A DNA stretch of 37,467 nt from Mesotaenium endlicherianum. Lineage: Eukaryota. The notes under the pieces are model-generated. The model was not told where the DNA came from. It searched no databases and worked only from the letters and a program-made list of their open reading frames with translations. Below, one piece after another: positions 22,364 through 33,808 of this stretch. How positions within the stretch are numbered: the stretch's first letter is position 1; each line of letters begins with the position of its first letter. A program made the position numbers and the translations under genes. Where the stretch lies: positions 154,633 to 192,099 of the forward strand of contig WELA01003053.1 of NCBI GenBank assembly GCA_009602735.1, read 5' to 3'.

Positions 22364-24417
22364 CACTAGATAGCTCGGAGCATCATATGTGATGCAACTC
22401 ACACATTTTGATGCAACTACTTGCCCTCTTTGTCTCTACCATAAATCTCTGTAGCTTTGGGAGGTTCATGAGCAGGAATAGATTCAAACAAATAAGAAGA
22501 TTTTTTCATGTGAAGGACAATAGACAGAGAGCTTGTTTTCCTACATATTCTAGAGCATACAAGCTTTGGCAATTGCAACCTTTCACATATTTGTGCCTAG
22601 AGAACTTTGCCAAGTACTATAGTCCTGGTAGTACTCTCACAGTTGATGACAGAACCATTCCCATCCGAGATAGACAATGTCCTATTAGAGTGTACAATGC
22701 ATCAAAGCCATATAAATATGGTATAGAAGTCTCTACAATCTCTGATACAATTACATATTTCTATTATGCCTTCATCATATATGATAGAGTAAAGAAAGAA
22801 GGTGCAAAGACTGACATTGTGTTAGACTTAGTAGCTATGCTTCCTGTAGGCAGATGCTTCACTCTCATACTTGACAAAGGCTTCACCTCTCCACACCTCT
22901 TTTCTAAACTTGCACAACTAAGACATGAAGCCACCGGCACTGTAGTTTCCACTAGAAAGGACTACCCAAAACCGTTGTTATACATGAAGCCTGACACCCA
23001 CCCTAAAGGCTACACTCTTGCATCTTACAATGAGCAGCCCCCTATGGTAGCTGCTGTGTGGAATGATAAAGCTCCATGTGCTTTTTTGTCAACAGCCAAA
23101 GGGCTGGCCCCCACTATACGAAGTAGACGCAACGGAAAAGAAAAACTTAGAATTCCAGCCCCTGAGGTAGTAGAGCATTACAATATGTACAAAGATGCTG
23201 TTGATCAATATGATGCCTATTGTTTGAAGAGAGGTTACAGTGATGAGAGAGTCTTGGTTAACAAAAAAGTGGTGGCACAGGGCATATTGGGGCATTTGGG
23301 ATGGCCTTCTTGCCAATGTCTTCATCATGTACAAGATGGTGCTGACGAAGGCAGACAGTTTCGACACATACATGGACATCATGGATGACATGTGCTCTTC
23401 CAGCACCCTGATGAAGCAAGACCTAGTGGAGTGGCAACTAGGGTACTTGCAGCACAACCTACAGCAGAAGGCGGCTTCACTGGAAGACACTTTCCTACAG
23501 AAGTTGAGAAGAGGAAGTATTGTGTCGTGTGTGTTGCGGGTACGTTTGGTCAACGTGCCAATAGAAAGAGAGCTAAGTTTAGTGATTACAAGTGTATGTC
23601 TTGTAATGTGTTCTTGTGTGCTGCAACCTGCTTTTGTGTATACCACACCACCAGGGTTTTTGCCCATCTAGGTGAAGGATCTTTCAGGGAGAAGAGATTA
23701 TAGGAGACACAAATAGGCGAAAATCGACGAAACTGAGCTAATCTGGTAGAAGATGTAAATAATTGTAGTGAGCTTCACTGAGATGTATGAAGACATGACA
23801 TGAATGAGGTCATCATCTTCTATTTAATTTTATTTTTTTATTTTTAAAAATAAATTAATTGTTCACTTTGCCCTTGCATGATGATTACTTGTAATAATTA
23901 CATCATTTTCTAAATATTTAAAATTGAAAAAACAAATTTCAACAAGCCAAAGACACAAGTAAGTGGTTTGTTAAGTTTCGGATCCATGTGATGTGTGTGC
24001 ACTTCACAAAGTCATGCTATGTGAACTTGTCCATTAAAACGCTTGTTGCATCATGCTTTTTTTGCGCATCATATTTGGTGCATATATGCTAAGGGCCCCA
24101 AATTTTGCAATTGTAGTAACTACCTATATACATACTCCTGGCTAAATTCCCATGCCCTAGAACCTAACGTGTGTAGAGATATCAAAAACCAATTTCTGCC
24201 GTTTTGCCGCTAAATTTTCTGGTGTCATTCTTTTTCATTATTTCACTCTAAAACAAATTGATCTTTTAAATCAAAAGATATGGTCAGCAAGATTGTGATG
24301 TAAGCTTTCCAAATCTGTCCTTTATTATATGATTAGACTACTACTGTGATCACAAAAAAGTCAGGAGTAAAGGTAGTAGATGCATCAAAAGTGTGAGTTA
24401 CCGTGCGCAATCTAGTG
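22364..24417 (+). mobile_element. piggyBac-like DNA transposon (internally deleted)
   Basis: Flanks TTAA (22360-63) and TTAT (24418-21); termini CACTAGAT...ATCTAGTG; subterminal inverted repeats 22396-22421 / 24375-24399; host RT reads SKCDFF-MKSNEFLGY after removal. Confidence 0.9.
22456..23703 (+). pseudogene. piggyBac transposase (DDD core plus C-terminal Cys-rich domain), N-terminally deleted, two frameshifts
   Basis: MSRNRFKQIRRFFH; LTVDD; KPYKYGI; LILDKGFTS; WND; YNMYKDAVDQYD; KWWHR; CVVC..CMSCNVFLC..CF..YH. Confidence 0.9.
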
Positions 24418-25341
24418 TTATGAAAAGTAATGAATTCTTGGGCTACGTTGTCAGTGAAGAAGGCATCAGTGTGGATCCTAAGAACGTCCAGACCATAAGG
24501 GACTGGCCAGTACCACAGTCTGTCCCAAAAGTTAGATCTCGGAAGTTAGATCCTTCCTTGGGCAGGCTAATTATTACAGGAGATTCATTGAAAATAATTC
24601 TACAAAGGCCAGTAAGCTGACTGACCTTACTAAGGACATAGGGTATGTGTGGGGGAAAGAGCAGCAAGCTGCCTTCCAGACCCTCAAAGATGCTCTCTGT
24701 TCTGCCCCAATCTTAGCTGTGTATAACCCCAGCAAACCTGTGCAGGTGGTTACAGATGCTTCTGACTTTGCCATAGGTGCTATTTTGTTGCAGCCTGCTG
24801 ACAAAACCACAAAGGATGGTAAGGTAAAGCAGGAGTGGCACACGGTGCTGTATAAGACTATGAAATTCAACCCAGCTGAAATCAACTATTCTGTGCATGA
24901 TAACGAGCTGCTCGCTATCATTCATGTGCTCAAACAGTGGAGAGCATACTTACATGGTAAAGCTTTTAAGGTGATTACAGATCATCTAGCTCTGACTCAC
25001 TTTCAGAAGAAGTCCAAGCTGTCGAGGAGGGAGAACCGCTGGAGCCAGATGCTGGAGCAGTTCCAAGTCCAGATCGACTACAAACCAGGGAAGTTGAATC
25101 CTGCTGATGCACTCTCTAGAAGACCTGACTTGCAAGAAAGGAACTTTAGTCAGCATGCGGTCGATAAAGTCTTTTGTGCACTCACTTCACTAAAGGTGAA
25201 AAGTTCCTTCCTTGAACAACTTAGGAAAGCCTACCTTTCTGACCTAACATTTGAGCCCAGCCCCACTGATGGTGTGTGTTGTGCTACTGCACTCGGGTAT
25301 AGGCCAAAGGGGGGGGTCTGGGTAACTGAAACCACTTCAGC
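24418..25341 (+). pseudogene. pol: B1 pol segment 2 (RT C-part, RNase H)
   Basis: EFLGYVVS; VVTDASDFAIGAIL; ELLAII; ITDH; KPGKLNPADALSR. Confidence 0.9.
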
Positions 25342-25844
25342 TGTAGTGAAACAGATAGATAAAGTACTTAGTAAAACAGAATACTTTATCTATTCAAGAC
25401 AAGGATCTTTGAACACAAGTGGTAGCTTCTTGAAAGAGAGATGGCTTCTTGAAAGTTAATATATTTCTGGATTTTGGCAAGTACAAGAGTGATTCTGGAA
25501 TGTCTTTCTATGTTCTAGCTCTTGTTTATATACTTGCTACATAAGTAATTTCTAGGAAGGTGTATGTTGATGTGTTGGCACCCAACACATCCCAAAACTT
25601 GCCACCTCTTTCTAGAATAATGTACACATGTCCTTTTGACCTAAAAATGGCACATTTGACTTTTGCCACATGGAGTTCTTCTAGGTCTTTCCTCTAACTT
25701 CGAAAATGCCTTGGAAGGTTCAAAGGACATGAACCAAGTTACTAGAGTACCTATTCACACTTGACTCCACACAATACTACTCCAAATATATTTGAAAACA
25801 TTAAAATATATGCAAACTAATATATAATAACTCAAATCACTACA
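25342..25844 (-). repeat. A2 3' LTR
   Basis: Direct repeat of 31519-32021; PPT (C-run on + strand) adjacent at 25845-25854. Confidence 0.95.
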
Positions 25845-26613
25845 TCACCCCCCCGATAGAAAAAGCGACGTCTCGGCGCGTCAAGTCAGGTCTTACACAT
25901 GTGGAGCAAACTAGTCAACAGTTTCAAGTCAGATGCCACACATGTGAAGAGGACTAGTCAAAGGCGCCAAGTCAGGTGCTACACATGTAAGGTAGACTAG
26001 GCAAGGTCGTAGGTGGTGTGACCTTATTGGCTAGCCTACTCCTTAATGATAAAGAAAATTGTACAAGTTGGCCCAGAATCTGCCACGAACTCAAAAATTC
26101 ATAGCGGCCACAGAACTGCTCCAAATCTGAAAATTCGAGTGCCAGACGGACCGCGTCGGAGAACTCTACCGGGTCACCAAATTTGAGAGCATTCTCATTT
26201 CTGGAGTGTCGTTGAGAGCTGAGAGAGTAGGCACTCCTCCAAATCTGTGCAGAAACTTCTGAAAATCATAAGTCCTTCTATACTTCTCCAAATTCTGCAA
26301 ACTAAGTCTCAAACTGGGCGCTGTAAGATGTTCTACCAGAGTCTTGAGTTTCAGAGCATTCCAAGTTCAGGGGAGGGCACAATGTCAGAAGGCATATTCT
26401 GCCCTAACAATGCCAGCAGCCTGACCCCCTTCTACTTAGAGCATCATATCTCTCTCACCAGTGCTCCAAATTGAGCAAACTTGGACTCTAAATGACCGGC
26501 TACTCATGGACTACAGCCAGGTAAATTTTCAGAATTTATTATGCAGAGACCTATCACCAGTAGCAGTTTTAGTTTTCTGTCCAGAAACTGCGAGAAGAGA
26601 AGAGTGTCTAATG

Positions 26614-29600
26614 TCAATTTTTCCTCTTTCTTGTTCTTGCAGGCTGCCTCCAAGGGGTCTTCTGCTGCTTCTTGATGGTGGCAGGCTGCCTCCCTGAAGT
26701 CTTCGGGCTTCTAGTAGAGAGACTTGGGGCTGGTCCAAGATGGGGGTTGGCGGCATGGAAGCGCTTCAACTTTCTCTGAACTTTGTCAAGGTAGTGCGCC
26801 GCCACCCAACTATTCTCCGAATCTGGATATCCTTTCCACTTGATCAAGTATTGCTGCTGTCTCCTGAAATTTCTCATAGCCACTATGTCTTCCACTTCGT
26901 ACTCCAAATGATCATCCACTATTGTTGGGGCTGGTGGGGTTGTCACACGTCCTGGGAACTTGTTGTCGGGTTGCACATATGGCTTGAAGAGGGAAGCGTG
27001 GAATACGGGGTCGATGTGCATAGTCTGGGGAAGTTCTAGCTTGAAAGCAACGGGGTTGACTTGCTGGATAATCTTGAAGGGTCCCAAATACTTGGGAGAG
27101 AACTTGCTGCCGGCAGGCCTGTTGTTCAGGGAAATGTTCTTGGATGATAGTAACACGTTGTCACCCACTCTGTACGTAATTTCTCTTCTGGATCTGTTCG
27201 CCACTCTTGCTTGAGCATCTTGCGCGTGTTGTAGAGCTTTCTTCGCTGCTGTAAGGGCTGCTTCTAATGTCTCCATAAAATCTGTGGCTGCAGGTACTTC
27301 ATCATGGCCAGCCGTGAAGCTCAGTGGCGTGGTCGGATGGAAGCCATAGTTGAGGAAGAATGGGGACTCTTGGGTAGAGGCCTGCGTAGTGTTGTTGTAG
27401 GCAAACTCGAGGGGGGTCAAGTACATGTCCCAGTCTTGCTCGAGGGTAGACACGTAGGCCTTTAGAGAGGTCTTTAGGGTACGATTCATACGCTCGGTTT
27501 GCCCATCTGATTGTGGGTGGTAGGCAGTAGACATATCCAGCGATGTACCCAAGTTCTTGAAGAGATTTTTCCAGAAATGGCTTGTGAATCTTGGATCTCT
27601 ATCTGACACAATTCTTGATGGTAGTCCATGGAGTCGGAAGATGTTGTCAAAGATGAGTCTTGCAAGTTGTGGTGCTGTAGCCTTAGTCGTCGTGGGAATA
27701 AAATGAGCCATCTTGGTAAGTCTGTCCACCACCGTGAGTATTGCATTATGGCCTCGAGGTGTCACGGGCAAGTCCACGATAAGGTCCATTGAGATGTCCG
27801 TCCATTGTCTTTCGGGGATTGGTAGTGGTTGGAGGAGTCCTCCCGCCTTTTGCGATGATGGCTTGATTCTTTGGCATGTGTCACAGCTCCTGCAGTACTC
27901 CTTGACTTGCTTAGACATGCCTGGCCAACAATAAGTCCTAGCTAGAACGCCCGTGGTCCTTAGGATTCCAAAGTGTCCTCCAAGAGGGTTGTCGTGTGCT
28001 TCTCGTAGAAGCAAGAGCCGGAGGTCTATGTCATTAGGAACACATCTCTGGCCCGTATCTTGCCTCACCCAATAATTGCCTTCTTGCTTCTTGCATGGGT
28101 CCAAGGCTGCTTCTCCGTTCTTGTAGTAAGGGTCTCTTTCATAGGCGGCTGAAAATCGAGCTTCCAGATCTGTCTTCAGGGATACCATCACTGCATTTAA
28201 TTGCAGTCTTGAGAGGGGGTCAGCCGGGTTTGTCTTGCCGGGCTGGTACTGAATCGTGATGTTGTATTGTTGCAAGTATCCGCTCCATCTTGCTTGTCTC
28301 CTTGAGAGATACGGCTGCGTTTGGAGGTGCTTTAACGCCTCGTGGTCCGTGGTGACCAGTACTTTGCGTCCTTCAACGTAGCAGCGCCAAACCTTCAAGG
28401 CATGTACAATCGCCAATGCCTCTCGCTCCGTGGTTGTATAATTTTGCTCGGCTGGATTTAGCTTCCTTGACTCGTAGGCGATGGGCTGCAGTCCCTTGCC
28501 TTGGTCTTGAAGCAGGATTGCTCCTATTGCATAGGAAGATGCATCGGTGATGACGTGGAAGGGCCAATCTGGGTTTGGACTTGGGAGTGTGAGCACCGGG
28601 GATGTGGTCAATCTTCGCTTTAACTCTTGAAATGCCTCTTCCTCTTTCTCGGTCCATGTATATAGCCTGTCCTTCTTGAGTAGATCTGTCAGGGGGGCTG
28701 CTATGTGCGAGAAGCCTTGGATGAATTTTCTGTACCAATTGGCAAATCCCAAGAATGACTGGAGTTCTTTCTTGGTCGTGGGGGTTGGCCATTCCTCCAC
28801 CACCGTGGTCTTCTTGGGGTCTATCTTGATGCCATCAGCAGTCACGTGGAGACCTAGGAACTCCACTTCTTGTTTGGCAAACTCGCATTTTGACTCCTTC
28901 GCAAACAGCTTGTTTTGCTTCAATACTTCAAGGACTTCTTTCAAGTGTCTCGCATGCTCTTCAAGGGTCTTGCTGTAGATAAGGATGTCATCGATGAATA
29001 CCACCACAAATCTGTCCAACATGGGCTGAAATATGGTGTTCATCATAGTCATGAAAGTTGCTGGCGCGTTGGTGAGTCCAAATGGCAGGACCATGAACTC
29101 AAAATGTCCATATCTTGTCCTGAATGCCGTCTTCTCTATGTCCGGTTCTGCGATGCGAATCTGGTGGTAGCCGCTCCGTAAGTCAATCTTCGTGAAGTAC
29201 TTGGCTCCAACCAGCCGGTCCATGAGCTCATCCATGCGCGGCAGCGGGTATCGATTCTTGATGGTGATCTTGTTGAGGGCGCGATAGTCCACACACATCC
29301 TCAAGGTACCATCTTTCTTCTTGACAAATAGCACCGGGGCTCCAAATGGCGACTTGCTAGGTCGAATGAAGCCATGCTCCAGTAGCTCCTTGATTTGCTT
29401 CTTGACTTCGTCTAGCTCCGTGTATGACATTTTGAACGTAGGCCGAGAGATGGGCTTGCTTCCGGGCTCCAACTCTATCTTGTGGTCTACGAATCTTTTG
29501 GGGGGTAGGCCCTTGGGCAATTCCGGGGAGAACACTTCTTTGTAGTCCTCTAAGACTTCTTGTATCTCCTTGGGAACGGGGCTGCCTTCTTGACTCTCGA

Positions 29601-30279
29601 TGTCTTTCTTGATGTCTTTTGGCGTGATCAAGGCCAAAAGAAGCTCGTGTCCCTTCCTCACAAGTCTCTTGAGTTGGAGGGCGGACAATAGTATCTCGTG
29701 TGCCGGCTTCTGGATGTCTTGGGTCTGGATATTCTGGATTGCGCGCAAAATACAGATTCTTGAAGTGATGTCATTCTTGATCTTGATAGTACCGGTCCTC
29801 CAATCAACTTGGGGGTTGTGCTTGGTCAACCAAGGCGTCCCTAGGATGACGTCGTACTTGCCCAATTGCATGGGGGAGAACACTACTCTATCCTTGAAGG
29901 ACTTGATAGAGAGTGCCAAGGGGTACGTCTTCTTGGAAGGGGTAGTATAGGAGAATCCATCGGGCATCATAATCTCCTCGTCGTGGTCAAGAGTTCGCAT
30001 AGTAATACCGTGCTTGGTGGCAAAATCTGCAGCAATGAAGTTGCCTTGAGCTCCGCTATCCACCAAGATGTGGACCTTCTCTCCTCCAAGGTAACCTCTC
30101 AAACTCATTGGGGCTGGAACGTCGTCTTCAACGGGGGTCTCCACCTCACTTGGCGTGTTGCCTTCTCGTGAAGTGGGTCTTGGGGTGGTAGGCTCCTGGC
30201 CTACCGGCGCTGTCCGTTTTTTGACAACTTTTTGGGGCATGAAAGTGCACGATGGCCCTTTTCCTTGCAATAAAAGCAT
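26614..30279 (-). CDS. pol: A2 pol polyprotein (PR-RT-RH-INT-chromodomain), open; probably entered by -1 frameshift at ~30216-30222
   Basis: 1221-aa ORF: LVDSGA, FIDDIL, TDAS, H..H..C..C, ISMD/SDRD/QTER (DDE), [20 protein letters not shown]. Confidence 0.96.
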   Translation of the reverse strand: MLLLQGKGPSCTFMPQKVVKKRTAPVGQEPTTPRPTSREGNTPSEVETPVEDDVPAPMSLRGYLGGEKVHILVDSGAQGNFIAADFATKHGITMRTLDHDEEIMMPDGFSYTTPSKKTYPLALSIKSFKDRVVFSPMQLGKYDVILGTPWLTKHNPQVDWRTGTIKIKNDITSRICILRAIQNIQTQDIQKPAHEILLSALQLKRLVRKGHELLLALITPKDIKKDIESQEGSPVPKEIQEVLEDYKEVFSPELPKGLPPKRFVDHKIELEPGSKPISRPTFKMSYTELDEVKKQIKELLEHGFIRPSKSPFGAPVLFVKKKDGTLRMCVDYRALNKITIKNRYPLPRMDELMDRLVGAKYFTKIDLRSGYHQIRIAEPDIEKTAFRTRYGHFEFMVLPFGLTNAPATFMTMMNTIFQPMLDRFVVVFIDDILIYSKTLEEHARHLKEVLEVLKQNKLFAKESKCEFAKQEVEFLGLHVTADGIKIDPKKTTVVEEWPTPTTKKELQSFLGFANWYRKFIQGFSHIAAPLTDLLKKDRLYTWTEKEEEAFQELKRRLTTSPVLTLPSPNPDWPFHVITDASSYAIGAILLQDQGKGLQPIAYESRKLNPAEQNYTTTEREALAIVHALKVWRCYVEGRKVLVTTDHEALKHLQTQPYLSRRQARWSGYLQQYNITIQYQPGKTNPADPLSRLQLNAVMVSLKTDLEARFSAAYERDPYYKNGEAALDPCKKQEGNYWVRQDTGQRCVPNDIDLRLLLLREAHDNPLGGHFGILRTTGVLARTYCWPGMSKQVKEYCRSCDTCQRIKPSSQKAGGLLQPLPIPERQWTDISMDLIVDLPVTPRGHNAILTVVDRLTKMAHFIPTTTKATAPQLARLIFDNIFRLHGLPSRIVSDRDPRFTSHFWKNLFKNLGTSLDMSTAYHPQSDGQTERMNRTLKTSLKAYVSTLEQDWDMYLTPLEFAYNNTTQASTQESPFFLNYGFHPTTPLSFTAGHDEVPAATDFMETLEAALTAAKKALQHAQDAQARVANRSRREITYRVGDNVLLSSKNISLNNRPAGSKFSPKYLGPFKIIQQVNPVAFKLELPQTMHIDPVFHASLFKPYVQPDNKFPGRVTTPPAPTIVDDHLEYEVEDIVAMRNFRRQQQYLIKWKGYPDSENSWVAAHYLDKVQRKLKRFHAANPHLGPAPSLSTRSPKTSGRQPATIKKQQKTPWRQPARTRKRKN

Positions 30280-31481
30280 AGTCCAGCCGTCATGAGAGCT
30301 TCTTTTTCAGCCGGGGAGAGTCTTGCTTTCACTCCTTGCTGGTTTCTTGCATCATAAGTGTCATTGGAGGGTCTTCCACTCTTCCGGGCAGCCGCGGGGT
30401 CCCTTTTAATAACTCCGATTTCCATGGGTGTGGGTCCAGATTCGGATGTGGAAGGGGCTGCGTACACCCGCGTCGTCGGTACCCGTGAAGATGAAGGCAC
30501 GGAGTGCTTGAAATCCAAGGTATCCACCTTTTGGGCCACTTCAATGATCTTTGAGAAGTCCGTCAAGTCGCGTAACTCCACTTCCTTTGCCACCTTGGGT
30601 TTGAGGCCAAAGATGTAGCGGTCAATCTTCTCCTCGAGAGACATGTTGGGGATCTCAAGAGTGAGGGCGTGAAATCTGGATGTATACTCTTGAACGGACG
30701 TCGTTTGCTTGAGATGGTGGAGCTTTCCTCGGGCAATCTTCTCCGCATTGATGGGCATGAATTGCTTCTTGAGGGCCTCACGAAAATCTGCCCATCTTGC
30801 ATATGATGGTGGGGGCTCTTGGCCGAGCATGGGGTGCGCCATAGCTTGATATATAGCCGCTTGATAGTTACGCCACCATGATGTTGCTGCTCCTCTAAGT
30901 AAGGTAACGGCAAAGGGAACGTAGTCCTCCTCGGGTACTTCAAGGAATGCGAGGTACGTCTCCACTTGGTAGAGCCATAAATTCAGGTTGGCACCTTTCC
31001 CGGGGTTGAAAGTGTCGGGTTTGCCGGGCTTGATGAGTTTCCTTGCTCTCGTTGGCTCTTGTGGAGGCGCTTGAGCCGGGGCTGGATTTTGAGCATTGCT
31101 CGCAATAGGGGCAACCATGGCAGCCATAGCTTCTCTTGACGCTTGCACGGTTGCTTCATAGGTGGCCAAGCCCACTTGGTTGTGGACGGTCATTAGGAAG
31201 GCTGCCCACTCATTTGCGGGAACTCCTTGTGGTGGGGTCAACTTTGCTATAGCGGCTGCCACGGGATGTGACGGTGCTCCTCCTTGTGGTTCTTCTTGTT
31301 GTTGGAGATTTCCTTGAGTAGGCTCTTCTATCGACGCTGGAGGAGGGTGTGCTCCTCCTTGTGGTGCTTCTTGTTATTGCAGATTTTCTTGAGTGGGCTC
31401 TCCCATCGGCGCTGGAGGAGGGTGTCTTGGAGAGGAAGGGCTTCCTTCGAAAGCTTGCTGTTGGTCTTGAGGATCGGCCAT
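30201..31481 (-). CDS. gag: A2 gag (ATG 31481; single premature TAA at 31374-31376; open 31262-30201)
   Basis: MADPQDQQQ... in frame with the track [26 protein letters not shown] knuckle. Confidence 0.9.
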
Positions 31482-31505
31482 CTTCTTGTGCTACCAAAGT
31501 GCCTA

Positions 31506-31517
31506 GCTCCGATACCA
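31506..31517 (-). promoter_or_regulatory. A2 primer-binding site (tRNA-iMet type)
   Basis: TGGTATCGGAGC on the minus strand. Confidence 0.9.
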
Positions 31518-31518
31518 C

Positions 31519-32021
31519 TGTAGTGAAACAGATAGATAAAGTACTTAGTAAAACAGAATACTTTATCTATTCAAGACAAGGATCTTTGAACACAAGTGGT
31601 AGCTTCTTGAAAGAGAGATGGCTTCTTGAAAGTTAATATATTTCTGGATTTTGGCAAGTACAAGAGTGATTCTGGAATGTCTTTCTATGTTCTAGCTCTT
31701 GTTTATATACTTGCTACATAAGTAATTTCTAGGAAGGTGTATGTTGATGTGTTGGCACCCAACACATCCCAAAACTTGCCACCTCTTTCTAGAATAATGT
31801 ACACATGTCCTTTTGACCTAAAAATGGCACATCTGACTTTTGCCACATGGAGTTCTTCTAGGTCTTTCCTCTAACTTCGAAAATGCCTTGGAAGGTTCAA
31901 AGGACATGAACCAAGTTACTAGAGTACCTATTCACACTTGACTCCACACCATACGACTGCAAATATATTTGAAAACATTAAAATATATGCAAACTAATGT
32001 ATAATAATTCAAATCACTACA
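31519..32021 (-). repeat. A2 5' LTR
   Basis: TGTAGT...ACTACA, next to the PBS. Confidence 0.95.
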
Positions 32022-33353
32022 TCAGGCAAGCTGAAGCTGGTCATTCCTAATAACTTGGAAATAAGGTCCCTCGTATTGGGTCAAGCGCATGACAGTTTCA
32101 TGGGTGGGCATTTGGGGCAGGCCAAAACTGTTGGCAAACTGGCAAAACATTATCATTGGGAGGGGTTGCCCCGTGAGGTCTTGAAATATGTGAAGTCCTG
32201 TGATCAGTGTCAAAGCAATAAGTCTAGGCACACACCACCGGGAGGTCTCTTGCAATCGCTGCCCATCCCAGCGGGACGCTGGAAAACTATATCCATGGAC
32301 TTGGTGGTCACACTGCCACAAACTGCTAATGGGCATGATTCGATACTGGTAGTCGTGGATAAGCTGACAAAAATGGTCATTTTCATCCCCACAACTGTCA
32401 AAGTAACTGCACTCGAAACAGCGAGACAGTTCTACAACCATGTAGTATGCCAACATGGGCTACCCTCTAATATTATCTCAGACAGAGACTCAAAATTTAC
32501 CTCTAAGTTCTGGAGAGCTTTAATGGGGTTAATGGGAGTCGAACAGCTGCTCAGCACAGCAAACCACCCTCAGACTGATGGGCAGATTGAAAGAACTAAC
32601 CGAGTTTTGCAAGAGGTACTGAGAGCCTATATTAACCAAAAACAAGATAATTGGGATGACCTGTTACCTCAAATCCAGTTTGCGGACAACAGTGCGGTGC
32701 ACGCGTCAACGGGCAAGACTCCTTTTGAAATCAATCTGGGTAGAGTCCCTAAGTCTCCTTCAGATGTACTAGGGGAGTCTTTAACTCACCCTGTGGGGAT
32801 TGACAATCCCGTGTCTCTCCAGTTAACTCAGGAGTTTGCCGACACCCTGTCAGAAGTCCAACACAATCTGCACAAAGCCCAAGGAAACCAACAAAAATAC
32901 GCTAATCAACACCGTTGGGAGCTGACATTTTCAGAGGGGGATTTGGTCAAACTGCATTCTCAACACCTGTACCTGCCTGGTGTGGTAAAGAAGAAGCTTG
33001 GTCCGATCTGGGTCGGTCCATATTCGGTGGTGCGTCGTGTCGATCACAATGCTTACAAACTAAACATGTCAGCGGAATACAAGGGTCACCCAGTTTTTAT
33101 TGTCTCCTTCCTGGAACCATACATCAAAGGTGACACACTGTTCACAGGTCGGTTACCTGTCCAACGGGGACCGGTCCCCGCTGTCCGGGAAGGTGACCCT
33201 GAGGAATATGAGATTGATGAGATTTTAGAAGCTCGTTCTGTTCCTCGATCATCTAAATATGTCATGAAATATCTGGTCAGATGGAAGGGTTACAATGCCT
33301 CTGGCGACACCTGGGAATTTGAGGACCATTTGACCAATGCCAAAGGGCGTTGA
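32022..33353 (+). CDS. pol: B1 pol segment 3 (integrase plus chromodomain), open frame but severed from upstream pol
   Basis: AHD..GHLG..CDQCQ; ISMD; SDRD; HPQTDGQIER; GPY; YEIDEIL..YLVRWKGY..TWE. Confidence 0.92.
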   Translation, partial: SGKLKLVIPNNLEIRSLVLGQAHDSFMGGHLGQAKTVGKLAKHYHWEGLPREVLKYVKSCDQCQSNKSRHTPPGGLLQSLPIPAGRWKTISMDLVVTLPQTANGHDSILVVVDKLTKMVIFIPTTVKVTALETARQFYNHVVCQHGLPSNIISDRDSKFTSKFWRALMGLMGVEQLLSTANHPQTDGQIERTNRVLQEVLRAYINQKQDNWDDLLPQIQFADNSAVHASTGKTPFEINLGRVPKSPSDVLGESLTHPVGIDNPVSLQLTQEFADTLSEVQHNLHKAQGNQQKYANQHRWELTFSEGDLVKLHSQHLYLPGVVKKKLGPIWVGPYSVVRRVDHNAYKLNMSAEYKGHPVFIVSFLEPYIKGDTLFTGRLPVQRGPVPAVREGDPEEYEIDEILEARSVPRSSKYVMKYLVRWKGYNASGDTWEFEDHLTNAKGR

Positions 33354-33808
33354 AACGTTTTTACCTTTGGAAGGCTGGGAAACCTCCCTAAATGTCATTT
33401 GAGATGACATGGGAAGGTGACAGGAGGTCCTGTCTCCATTTAAGTTGGGGGGAAAATGTGGCCAAACGTGGCCTAAAGTGACAGTTAGTGACAGAAAGCG
33501 ACAGTTTTTGACATTGAGTGACAGTTTTGACAGGCAGCCCAGTAACAGTTGAAACAGGCAACTCACCTTAAACATTAAGTTGGAGGGAGTGGGATAAACA
33601 TCTCGAAAACTAGCCAATTACCGATTGCCGTTGCATATTCATCCCTGACAATTGCGCTCACACTCACTTCTCTCTCAAGCACACTCGCACTTTCAATTTA
33701 CATACACCAGGTATTGCATGCCCTAACTCCCTCTACTACGTTCTTCCCTGTCAAAGTACTCAATCCTGTGCATGATATCATAACTACATTAACCCCATTG
33801 TCGTATGA

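Larger units (their letters stand above)
25342..32021 (-). mobile_element. Family A chromovirus, copy A2: young, near intact, nested in B1 pol
   Basis: 503-bp LTRs differing at ~6 positions by eye; TSD TCAGC/TCAGG; PBS; PPT; uninterrupted pol. Confidence 0.97.

Noticed and set aside
22364..22371. CACTA terminus suggesting an En/Spm (CACTA) element
   Set aside because: 4-bp TTAA-type target and piggyBac transposase motifs; no 3-bp TSD or Tnp2-like protein.
25342..25459. C-terminal extension of the B1 RNase H ORF (VVKQIDKV...), identical to the end of ORF 31349-31636
   Set aside because: Read-through into the antisense A2 LTR, not protein.
26247..26697. Possible antisense ORFs in the family A 3' region
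   Set aside because: Short, without ATG starts or recognisable motifs, and not retained as equivalent ORFs in A1.
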